Shown here: piece after piece, positions 51,651 to 63,100 of the stretch | Position numbering within the stretch: position 1 is the stretch's first letter | Layout of the letters: each line of letters begins with the position of its first letter | DNA from: Eledone cirrhosa | Taxonomy: Eukaryota | DNA: 64,000 nucleotides | Direction: 5' to 3' | Assembly: GCA_964016885.1 (NCBI GenBank) | Contig: OZ024741.1 | Location: 146,630,001-146,694,000 of the forward strand | Made by a program: the position numbers and the translations under genes | Notes under the pieces: generated by a model | The model's database searches: none | Told to the model about the DNA's origin: nothing | Seen by the model: the letters and a program-made list of their open reading frames with translations, nothing else

Positions 51651-51689
51651 ACAGAGTATTTATAAGTATAAATGTGGTGCCAGGAAAAA

Positions 51690-52370
51690 CAGAAAAACCT
51701 AGGTTGTCCTACTCTACCAGCTTCATAATGGGATTAAATAATAATAAGTGCCTCCAGAATTTTAACAGAAATAACCACCTTAAACAAGGCCAACTATCTA
51801 ATTCTACTGCCAGAACAACTAACTGACCGTCTTCCCAACCCTCCACATTGGGCACAGATACCCCCAACCATTTTGATGGATTGTACAACATACATGTAAA
51901 TCTAACACATCATCCCCATACCTCAAATACCACCCCAAATGCAAGAACAAATGATGACCCCATACATTTTGCACAGACACACTGCAACTATAGGCAACCT
52001 AATAAATGTCCTCAAAATGGAAAATTCATGTATAAAAACATCGTTTACCAATGTGTGGTCAAAACCAGATTGGGGCCATATAGATATGTGAGTGCCACAT
52101 CCAACTTTTTAAAATGCACGACCATTCATTCAAGAATCCTGGGCTATGTAAAACAACTGTTCTAGCTGGAAAAAATATCTGGGATTTAAAATGGTATAAT
52201 ATGGATTATACACTTTCTTGGTCAGTGATTTGCCCGTCCATACCAAAATGAAAGATGGTCCCGTAATCTTTGTGTGATGGAAATGTTGGAAATTAGGACT
52301 TCATTGGATCTGTTGAACACTCGACCCTATAGAATCTTTAACTGCCAAAATAAGGCATTAAAGCATAGGA
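51690..52370 (+). mobile_element. Penelope-like element remnant (GIY-YIG endonuclease region)
   Basis: HCNYRQPNKCPQNGKFMYKNIVYQCVVKT...YRYVSATSNF, then IWDLKWYNMDYTLSWSVI and NLCVMEMLEI...LLNTR. This follows the PLE GIY-YIG pattern CNC..CPLxGxC...NIVY...YIG.T...CNLC..EK...LLN. Confidence 0.8.
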
Positions 52371-53267
52371 TTGGATCCATTCAACTTGAAATACCCACCC
52401 CTTACACCATCCCCTTCTTGCCACCTTAATTCATCTCAGTGCCCACTTGTCCCTTCTGTTGTTGGTTTCTGTTGTTGAAATAAAACCTAATACTTTGCCC
52501 CTCCCCCCAATTTAATTTACAGCTTTTCCATGATATCTTATTTCTGGTCACTCCAGCCTCATTTCATTTTCTATTTTCTATTTTATGTTTTCTTTATTTT
52601 CTCTTCTTTTTTCCCCTGCCCTCTTCCTGTACCCACAATAAATGAATTAAGTAGGTTTCTTGACCAATCTTGATCCGTCCTCTTTCTAAACTCCCTCTAC
52701 TTACAAATCTAATATTCATCTTATTGATCTTTTGATCAATCCCTCCCCTTGCTTACAAATTTAGTATCTATACTTGGTACAATTATTGTAATTAATGTAT
52801 TCATTCTTTATTTATTAATTTTGTTTAATATTTTTGTTATTTGTATATTATATTTTGATTCTGAATTTCTCTATATACCAATGTTTTGTGCCAGAAGTTA
52901 GTAATATTTATTGCAGAAATACAGCTAGGAGTATAACAATGTTTCCTTCCTCCTTGTTAACTTTATTTTCTTGTCCTCTTTCTGATGAAGTGCAATCACA
53001 GATACGTAATGCATACAAATAAACATTGTATAATGCAGTCAGCAGATGTAGACAGTTATGTAATTGTACAGAAACATATGTTAAAGATTGAACACAATAA
53101 ATTTTGCCTTCTGTCCACTTCCTGCCTTGTTTTACCTGATACCATATTTATGCTTACATATATCTATATGTACATATGTATACATATACATCTATATACA
53201 TATACATCTATATACATATATACATACATATATACATACACACATATATACATATATACATACATAT

Positions 53268-53903
53268 AGTAATGTGCGCAAACGGCGAAGCATAAATGAA
53301 TTGAGAGAGAGACTAAGCATAAGAGGTATCAAATGTTGTGTTCTGGAGAGGAGACTGCGTTGGTATGGACATGTGATGCACATAAAGGACAACAGCTGTA
53401 TAAAAAAGTGCAGGGCAATGAAAATTGATGGAAGCTATGGAGTGGGTAGACCAAGAAAAACCTGGGACGAGGTGATAAAAACTGACCTTGCCCACCTACA
53501 CCTCTCTAAGACAATGACACTGGATTGAGACCTTTGCCGCCATGCAGTTGTACAGAAGACTCGACTACCATTGCATACAAACCTACAGTCAGTAAGCACC
53601 TCTTAACCCAATGAACACCCACCCCACACACCCTACTCCATCCTCCCTTTCCCGTTCCGTTCACTGTGTCGATGACACAACAGTCCACACTGTAAGGTGG
53701 CCATGTAGGAGACATGGTAAAAAGGCTCCCAGTCCACACTGTAAATGTGATTGGTGTTAGGAAGGGCATCCAGCTGTAAAAAAAACTGCCAGAGACACTT
53801 CCGTACGAGCGAGACACGGTCTGCCGACCATTCCTGTATCAAATGGAACAAAACCATCTAACCCATGCTAGAGTGGAAGATCGATGTTAAACGATGATGA
53901 TGA
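53268..53903 (+). mobile_element. 3' fragment of RTE family 1
   Basis: [37 protein letters not shown]...WDEVIKTDL followed by the UTR and tail. Confidence 0.92.
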
Positions 53904-53960
53904 TTATATACATATGTATATATTTATGCATATATACATACATATATACATATATATATA

Positions 53961-53996
<36 letters not shown>

Positions 53997-54007
53997 TACA
54001 TATATGA

Positions 54008-54537
54008 TGGCTGCCCCCTCGTTATATAGTATGGCAATTGCACGATATACCATTATAAATAATTAATTAATTCTATCGTGCAATGCCTGTGCGTGAAGAT
54101 ATTTTTTAAAGTGAAGAAAGACTGTGCACTGAGCCAATCCCACTCTCTGAGCGACAGTAGCTATAACCTGAAAAGAAGAAAAGATCAACATCATCGGTAA
54201 CTACTGAGCTGCAGGTTTTATATCGGAGTTATCCTAGTTTCCTGAGTTGCCTTCTCCTAAAAGAATGCCCTGACAAAGGCTAGAGGTCCTTGACACCCAG
54301 TTGTTTAACTGCACAGTACATGTGTATATACATATTTACGCACTTTCCGATGGCCGTTGACGCTTATGAGTTCTTCCGCCCTTTGTCAGGTTTTGTTTTT
54401 TGTCCTGCAGGGTGTACAAAATCACCCTCCTCACCAAGTAAACTTGGTGGGGTTGCTGGTTTAGTCACCGATGACCCGACCATGTGACAGGTTGTACTGA
54501 GTTACATGTTACCAGTAGGACTCAAGAGTGGCCCGAC
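54008..54537 (-). mobile_element. Second non-autonomous element with a family 3-type 5' UTR
   Basis: Collinear with 49578-50184; both end in GGCTGCC on the + strand left side and sit inside (TA)n. Confidence 0.7.
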
Positions 54538-54557
54538 ATAGATATATATATATACAT

Positions 54558-54901
54558 GGAGGCACATGGCTTAGTGGTTAGAGCATTGGCCTTGCAATCG
54601 AAAGGTTGTGAGTTCAATTCTCAGACCGGGTGATGTGTTGTTTCCTTGAGCAAGACAATTTCACATTACTCCAGTTTACTCAGCTGTAGAAATGAGATGA
54701 TAGGGACTGGGGTTCCTATCATTCCACTGCAAAGTGGTTGTGGAGTTGCCACGGCAAAAAAGCACCCAGCACTCACTGCAAATGAGGTTGGTGTTAGGAA
54801 GGGCATCCTGCTGTAGAAATCAAGCCACAATCAGTTCCCGTCCCACCCTTGCAAGCAGGGAAAAAGTGGACGTAAAATGAAATGATGATGATGATGATGA
54901 T
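54558..54901 (+). mobile_element. Full-length SINE family A
   Basis: Near-identical to 34754-35093. Confidence 0.92.
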
Positions 54902-54911
54902 ATATACATAT

Positions 54912-55244
54912 ATCATCATCATCACCGCTTTACGTCCGTTCTTCCATGCTAGCATGGGTTAGACGGGTTGTCCTGTTGTGGGTAGTCTTTGGTTGGCTGA
55001 CCTTGTCTTGCTCATACGGGATCTGATTCTGGCTTGATTTCTACAGCTGGATGCCCTTCCTAACACCAACCTCATTTACAGAGAGTGCTGGGTACTTTTT
55101 TTCCGTGGCGCCTACACGTCCACTTTACAGTGAGGGCTGGGTGCGTTTTTGCCATGGCACCTCCATGACCACTTTGCAGTGGAATGATAGTCCTATCATC
55201 TCATTTCTACAGCTGAGTAAACTGGAGCAATGTGAAATAAAGTG
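54912..55244 (-). mobile_element. 5'-truncated SINE family A, long RTE-type tail
   Basis: Matches the LINE UTR at 60190-60445 and continues into the CORE segment. Confidence 0.88.
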
Positions 55245-55249
55245 AAATA

Positions 55250-55335
<86 letters not shown>

Positions 55336-55375
55336 TAGATATACATAGACATATACATATATACATACATATATA

Positions 55376-55949
55376 CAGGGTGGGGCATAAAAACTGTTAC
55401 AAAATAAAATGCAAATAGTTCTTGAAAAAAACATTTATTTCAAGATCTGACTTCAACAAATAGTAAGTAATATACTATTAAATAACTGCACAAAAATTTA
55501 TTCGAAATGCTTTCCTCTAGCTCTCACTACTGCTCGAAGACTTCTAGGAAAGTCTTCGATGGCTGCACGAACAGTTTCCATGGGTATTTTCTCCCATACT
55601 TTATTCAGTTTTGATTTAGAGTTTCAATATTTTGGCTAGGAGTAGAGCAGGCTTCACTCTCAAGAATTGACCATAAAGAAAAATTGAGAGGGTTGAGATC
55701 TGGTGATGTGGGAGGCCACTCTTCTTATTGATCCATGCAGGACAATGATCTCTACACCACTATTGTGTTACGCGAGCAGTGTGGTTCGTTGCTCCATCTT
55801 GTTGGAGAGTCCAAATGTCATCGCCATAAACATGGCATCAGTGCTCCCTCCAAAATATCCTTCATGTAAAGTTATTTGTTAATTTTAACTCATTGAGGCA
55901 CAAAAATCAGAGGAGACTTCCCTCTTTCAGAGGGAATTATGCCCCACCC

Positions 55950-55951
<2 letters not shown>
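55376..55951 (-). mobile_element. Internally deleted Tc1/mariner DNA transposon
   Basis: Perfect 15-bp TIR CAGGGTGGGGCATAA (55376-55390 and 55937-55951) flanked by TA; minus-strand remnant WTLQQDGATNHTAR...EWPPTSPDLNPLNF. Confidence 0.9.
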
Positions 55952-56027
<76 letters not shown>

Positions 56028-56197
56028 TATATATTACAACAAAATACCTCAATATATACCTTTGATATATTCGGCTCCGTTAATTTGTTGAGCTATTTCA
56101 AATGTTGAATAAACCTGGCTGCTATTTTTAGTTGTGTGGGTTTGTGAGACACGCTAGGACACCATGTGCGCTATTATTATTATTATTATATATCAGG

Positions 56198-56392
56198 GCG
56201 GTATATTGGCAGTATCGGTAGAGGGTCTGACGCCATGCTTTCCAGCATAGTTATGTGCCTTTACGATCTGAGTTCAAATCCCGCCGAGTTGACTTTGCCT
56301 TTCCTCCTTACGGGGTCGATAAAATAAAGTACCAGTAATGCACTGGGTAATTGCTGGCCTTGTGCCTAAAGTAGAAACAATTATTATTATTA
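56198..56392 (+). mobile_element. Full-length SINE family B
   Basis: Same head, body and tail, ending in (ATT)n. Confidence 0.85.
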
Positions 56393-56450
56393 TATATGGC
56401 ACACTGTTCAGTTTCTTAATATACTTAGAAGTGTCTAGGATACTAATTTA

Positions 56451-56528
56451 TCACCCACTGATGAGCATAAATTGGTAATTCTATTCACAATTAACATTGC
56501 GAAACAACACCAAGTTCTTTGGGTGATT
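56451..56528 (+). ncRNA. Degenerate type-I hammerhead
   Basis: tcaccca-CTGATGA-GCA...TGC-GAAA-caac accaa gttc-TT-tgggtga, with one mismatch in stem III. Confidence 0.55.
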
Positions 56529-56695
56529 GATAGTTACCACAATTCTGGTTTGTATTTATTTTCTTGATTTTTTCTTAAATTGAGACAAGCAAACCAAATT
56601 GTCTATAGTTAGTATTCTTTTCACCTTAGCGAATCTGGTCCCTTACGATTTGAACTCATATATGTATATATCTGTGTTTTTCTTTTATATACAAT

Positions 56696-56747
<52 letters not shown>

Positions 56748-56928
56748 GTATATATATATATATATATATCAATTAGTGTTATGACTTTTTGACAAATAAT
56801 TGATTTCCTGTATCATAATTTGATGAAATTTTGTTAAAAAATAAAAAGTGTAATTTTGTTTATTTTAAAAAAAGGTCACCCCCAACACGAAATGTCTGAA
56901 ATTCACCTTTACACCCTTTCGGCCTCCA

Positions 56929-57060
56929 TCCACTGTCCTGCCGCGACAGTACCAGCCACCTTCCATGCCATGCTGCTCTCAGTGAGGTCATAAAGCATGG
57001 CTTTGATGCTGCAGGCTTCCCCTCCCAACTTGAGCAGGCAAGGCTGGACCAAGGGGAAGA
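56929..57060 (+). mobile_element. Second CRE-like fragment (zinc knuckle to RLE junction)
   Basis: FGLHPLSCRDSTSHLPCHAALSEVIKHGFDAAGFPSQLEQARLDQGE, overlapping the 20802 peptide (IKH..D.AGFPSQ...LD.G). Confidence 0.65.
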
Positions 57061-57118
57061 AAATTACACACCTCATATATATATATAGAAGTGGTTACAC
57101 AACAGTTAGTTCACCATA

Positions 57119-57158
57119 CTGAGAACAATTGTTTCACCTTAGCGGATCCTCAGCTTGG
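57119..57158 (-). ncRNA. Inverted twin hammerhead ribozyme
   Basis: Same core on the minus strand; stem I is weakened (ccaag/ctcag). Confidence 0.6.
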
Positions 57159-57181
57159 AATGGGCAGCCGAGATGCCCATT

Positions 57182-57221
57182 CTGAGCTGAGGATCCGCTA
57201 AGGTGAAACAATTGTTCTCGG
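57182..57221 (+). ncRNA. Minimal type-I hammerhead ribozyme
   Basis: ctgag-CTGAGGA-tCCgctaaGGt-GAAA-CAATTG-TT-ctcgg: 5-bp stem I, intact core, palindromic stem III, predicted cleavage after 57216. Confidence 0.75.
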
Positions 57222-57315
57222 TATAGTGAACTAACTGTTGTGTAACCATTTCTACCTAACTTGTCCCATGAACTGAGTGCTCTACCACTACGGATATTAA
57301 CTTCCAGTGTTCCAC

Positions 57316-57378
<63 letters not shown>

Positions 57379-57399
57379 AAAAGAGAGAGAGAGATGTAA

Positions 57400-58585
57400 T
57401 TCCAAACCTGGAAGCATGGCCTAGAATCAAAGGATCTTAAAGCCAACCTGGAAAAGACTTAATAAGTAGAAGGGATAAGAGAGCCCTGATTCTCTCAGGG
57501 AAATGTCCTTGCTCAATATGTAGGAATGGTTTTGCTAGAAATTCCATCCTCTGTCCTGAATGCAGACTATGGGTACACAAGTGATGTAGAGGGATCTCAG
57601 GATGTTTAGCTAAGAATGTAGGTTTACATGTAGCTGTTGCACTGGGACTGTAAGCAGCAAACAACCACAGGAAACAAGTGCTATCAAATTCTGGGAAGGT
57701 TCAGTAGAAGCAGTAGACAACATCTGCTACCTGGGTGACTAAATTAGCAGCAGAGGTGGGTGTTCTGAAAGTACAGTAGCCAGAGTAAGAACAGTATGGA
57801 ATAAGTTCAGGGAACTACTACCCCTGCTAGCTACAAAAAGCTTTTCCCTCAAAATGAATGGTAGACTGTATGATGCATTCATATGAATTGCAATGTTGCA
57901 TGGCAGTGTGACCTGGGCACTGTGAGCAGAAGATTTGTGTACATTGGAAAGAAATGAAATTTGCATGCTCTGATGGGTGTGTAATAGTAGTAATATACAT
58001 GAACGGCAAAGCATGAATGAACTGAGAGAAACTAAGCATAAGAGGAATCAGATGCAGTGTGCAGGAGAGGAGATTGCATTGGTATGGATATGTGATATGT
58101 ATGAAGGATGACAGTTTTATAAAAACGTTCAGGGCACTCAAAGTTGATGGAAGCCATGGAGATCCAGGAAGACTTGTGATGTGATAAAAACTGACCTTGC
58201 CCAATTGCGCCCCTCAAAGATGATGACACAGGTCCAATGTCTCTGGTGTTATGCAGTAATACAGAAGATCCACCTTCCCATGGAGACTGGCTAAAGTTGA
58301 AGCATATATATAGTATGCGCCACCCAACCCCACCCTCCCATAGATCTCCCATGAGGACAGTCTGAAGCATACATCTAGTGAAGTCTCCAGCCCACACTGT
58401 AAGTGGTTGTGATGGCAACTCTACAAAAAGCACCCAGCCCACCCTGTAAAGTCGTCATAATGGTAACACGGCAAAAAAGCACCTAGCCTTTACTGTAAAG
58501 TGGTCATGATGGTGACATGACAAAAAGTGACCAGCCCTCACTGCAACGTGATCATATAGATGTCACAACAAAAAGCATCCAGCCA
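57400..58585 (+). mobile_element. Decayed RTE family 1 fragment including the PHD finger and 4-5 UTR units
   Basis: GKCPCSICRNGFARNSILCPECRLWVHK, then the thumb and C-terminus with stops; 48-bp units at 58390-58585. Confidence 0.88.
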
Positions 58586-60176
58586 TATATAAACAACTGT
58601 TAAACCTGATTTTTTTTCTGAAACCTGTATTAATTCTTTGCACAATCTGCATGTTCCTTATATATATGTGTTTCTTGCAATATTCTCTGTACATGGATTT
58701 GCTGAGGAGGTACTGAAGAGATATCAAATAGATGAATCTGATGTTAATCCAGCATTGTTACATTTCACTATGGGTATAGTTCTGCTTCGCTCGTAGACAC
58801 AGCATGGCTGAATGATTAAACAGTCTACATTACAATCATTCAATTTGGGCTGCTCTGTTGTTCAAACAATTGGAACATTCATTGTCAAACTAACAGAGAT
58901 CCATTCTATTCCATTACAATTCTGTTTCAATTCAATTCCTTCAAGGTTTACTATTTGGTGTTTTTTGCAGTTTTTATAGAAGACATCAGTAACTTTCAAT
59001 GATAAAATATGATGAGAGAAAGAGAGTAAATAAAACCTGAGAGAATTTAGAAAATAAAGCAAGCTATTTCCCTGGCTAAAGTAGGAGTTAATATTGCAGG
59101 CTCTATAACAGGTTTAATTATATTCATCTTGGGGCCCTTTGTGACGCAATGTTTTCCCAGCAGATGCCCTCCCTGGCACCAATTACTTCACCCACATCTT
59201 ACAAAATGCAAGAATACTGTGTACCTATTATAAACCGGATACACACAGTAGAAGAATTATAGAAAATCCAGAATAGAAATGAGTTATAAAAGAATATAAA
59301 AAGAAAAATTAAGATGAAGTTGATGAAAATGATGGTGAAAATTGTTTTCATATGAAATTGCAAGAGATAATGCTTTATAACAATATCTTCATCTGTGAGC
59401 AGTATGTGGAAAAAAAATAATTTCTATGAAACTGCAAACATCATTCATTAAATGTTTTCCTCATTTGTTTTGAAATATGGTTAGTGACAAGGTTTAATAT
59501 TGGATGTAACGTCATTAAAAATGTTTAAGTATGACATTATCATTAAATTAATTACATTATTTAAAATCAATACATTTAACTCCCCAAACAAACATATTAA
59601 AGCATAAAGTTTGTTTAAAGCATGATACAAAACACAAAAATGTATTGATTTTCATATTTCATACGCAATCTCTTCATGAATAGTAGTTGAATGCCTGGTA
59701 AAAACTATAAGCTGGAGTTGTTTTTTTAAATAACAATTTTTATGTTTAAGTTTCCATATATATGGCAAAGCTATCTAAAACAAGGCAAAGCTATTCATGT
59801 ATACAGTATAACACACAGAGCCAGGGTTGGATTTAGATCTTGGGGGACCCAAGACAATTCAGGTTTTATTGGGGGGGGGCTCGCACACCAAAAGTTAGAA
59901 TATTCACCCCACCCCCCCATTTTACATATCAAAGTTAGCTTGGCGCAAACAATTGGAATTGAAGTTATGCATACAGGCATTAAATTTAAAAATTCTAACC
60001 ATCCTAAAATTAAAAAGCCCAGTTGGAGGGCACAAATAAATTGCTACGGCCATTGCTGGTGGGACCTCCACTGCAAGGGGCCCAGGGCAATTAACCCCTT
60101 TGGAGGATATACTGCTCACCCATAATACATGGGACATGGAGAAATGGCCCTCTTCTGTAAAGAAGTGGCAGTTATT

Positions 60177-63100
60177 ATCATCATCATCATCATCATCACC
60201 GTTTTACGTCCGTTCTTCCACGCTAGCATGGGTTAGACGGGTTGTCCTGTTGTGGGCAGTGTCTGGTCGGCTGACCATGCCTTGCTCATACAGGAACTGA
60301 TCTGGCTTGATTTCTACAGCTGGATGCCCTTCCTAACACCAACCTCATTTACAGTGAGTGCTGGGTGCTTTTTCGTGGCGCCTACACGTCCACTTTACAG
60401 TGTGGGCTGGGTGCTTTTTTGCCGTGGCACCTCCACGACCACCTTGCGGTGGGGGATGGGGGGGGGGGCATATTGTTTATATGCTTCAGCATGTACCCAT
60501 GGGAGGTCGGGTACCCTGTATTACTGCGTCACGCCAGAAGTCACGGTCGTGTGTCATTGACTTTGAGAGGTGTAGTTGGGTAAGGTCGGCTTTTATCACC
60601 TCATCCCAAGTCATCTTGGGTCTCCCCACTCCGCGGTTTCCATCAACTTCTAGTGCTCTGCACCTTTTTATGCAGCTGTCATCCTTCATACGCATCACAT
60701 GTCCATACCAGCGTAACCGCCTCTCCTGCACGCAGCATTTGATTCCTCTTATGCTCAGTCTCTCTCTCAATTCATTTATGCTTTGTCGTTCACGTATATT
60801 ACTGTTACACATCCATCGGAGCATGCAGGCTTCGTTTCTCTCTAATCTACGTAAGTCTTCCACCTTCAGCGCCCAGGTCTCACTACCATGCAACATCGCT
60901 GTTCGGATACACGCATCATACAGTCTGCCTTTCATTCTGAGGGAGAAGCCTTTTGCAGCTAGCAGTGGTAGTAGTTCCCTAAACTTCTTCCATCCCGTTC
61001 TTACCCTAGTTATTGTACTTTCTGAGCACCCACCTCCGTTGCTAATTCGGTCACCTAGGTAGCAGAAGCTGTCTACTGTTTCTACAGGGCCCTCCCAGAG
61101 ATTGGTGGTACTTGTTTCCTGTGGCTGTTTGCTTGCTGTTTCAGCACAGCTGCTGCATGTGAATCCTACATTCTTAATTAAGCTTCCTGAGATCCCGCTA
61201 CATCTCTTGTGTACCCATTGTTTGCATTTGGGGCAAAGAATGGAGTTCCTACCTACACCTTTCCTACATACTGAGCAAGGCCATTTCCCTGAGGGGATCT
61301 GGGTTCTGTTTTCTCGTCTACTTATAAGGACCTTAGTCTTTGTCATGTTGACTTTGAGGCCCTTTCTCTCTAGTCCCTGCTTCCAGGTTTGGAATTTATT
61401 CTCTAGTTCTACCATAGATTCAGCTATGAGTGCGAGGTCATCAGCATACAGGAGTTCCCATGGGCATCCGGTCTTAAACTCCTCCGTTATTGCCTGCAGG
61501 ACTATGATGAACAGGAGAGGGCTAAGAACAGAGCCCTGGTGGACCCCAACCTGTACGCTAAATTCCTCGCTATACTCATTGCCAATCCTAACTTTGCTGA
61601 CTGCTCCCCTATACATGGCTTGTACCGCTTTCACAAGCCATTCATCTACTCCTAGTTTTCTAAGAGCCCACCAGATTACTGCACGTGGAACTCTGTCAAA
61701 GGCTTTCTCAAGGTCGACAAATGCCAAGTAGAGTGGCTTACTTTTAGCTAGGTACTTTTCCTGTAATTGCCTCACAAGGAAGAGCGCATCAGTGGTGCCT
61801 TTCCCTGGAACAAACCCAAATTGCATCTCGTCTATATTCACCCGGTCCCTAATCAGCTGTGCTATAACTCTTTCTGTTACTTTCATGACCTGGTCCATCA
61901 ACTTTATACCTCTATAGTTTCCTCTAGCTAGTGCATCGCCTTTACCTTTGTAGCAGTTGACAATGATGCTACTGCACCAATCTTTTGGTATGGCCCCCTC
62001 TAGTATTACCTGGTTAACGATACGTGTGGTTATAGTGTGACCTACAGACCCAGATGCCTTCAGCATCTCGGCAGCTATACCCGATGGACCGGTTGCCTTC
62101 CCTATCTTCATATCTCTGATTGCCTTACTTACTACGCTGCCGCTGACTTGTACTGCTGGTCCCTCTATAGGGTCTACGTGGGGTAGGGTCTCTTCTTCCC
62201 ATGCATTCTCCTCATTTAGTAATCTATCATAATGACTCTTCCATGCATCTTTCTTCTCAGCACTTGTGAGGGCAAGCTCACCTTTATCATTCCGGATACA
62301 CTTCTCTCCAATGACATCACAACTATCTCTGACACACTGCCTCGCAATCTTGAATACCTCCTGTTTCTGGTCCTCACGTTGTAAAACATGCTTGAATTTT
62401 CTATCCTCTGCTTCCCTCCTAGCTAAGTATACTTGTCGCCTAGCTTCCCTCTTGGTCTCTATGTAATGTACCCTGCTCCCCCCGTTCTTCCATTCTTTCC
62501 ATGCCTGTCTCTTGGCCTTGACTGCTTCATCTACCTTATTGTTCCACCACCAAGTCACTCTCCTCCTGCTTGAGGTCTTACTCCAGCCACAAACCTCATC
62601 CGTCGCCTCTAGTAAGTTATTTTTTAGGAACTCCCAGTTCTCTTCTACGTTAAATGTCTCTATCTGTTCTTCTTTACTGTCGTAGGCGTTGAGTAAAATA
62701 TCTTTAAATCTGTTACTGGTTGAGGGGACTTTCAGCTTCCAGATCTTTCTTCTCCAGGTTGGCCTCTGTTTCAGGGCTCGTCTAGTTCTGACCGTGAGGT
62801 CGCTGACAACTAAGCTATGTTGGGATGTACATTCCTCACTAGGGAAGGCTTTTGTGTTTACGACCGTCCATCTGTCACGTCCTCTGATGAGGATAAAATC
62901 TAACTGACTAGAGTGCTCCCCTGATCTATAGGTGATCAGGTGGTTGTCGGGTTTTTTAAAGTTTGTGTTACATATCGACATGTCATTGGCGTCGCAGAAT
63001 TCTAGAAGTCTGAATCCTTCCTCATTCCTTGTGCCAACTCCATGGCCTCCATGTACTCTATTGAAGCCGTCGCAGTGTTTACCTACGTGTCCGTTAAAAT

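Larger units (their letters stand above)
57086..57254. repeat. Inverted repeat with 81-bp arms and a 7-nt spacer
   Basis: Arms 57086-57166 and 57174-57254, few mismatches. Confidence 0.95.

Noticed and set aside
59820-60110. GC-rich segment resembling a Harbinger-type MITE
   Set aside because: The termini are too degenerate to define TIRs or a TSD.
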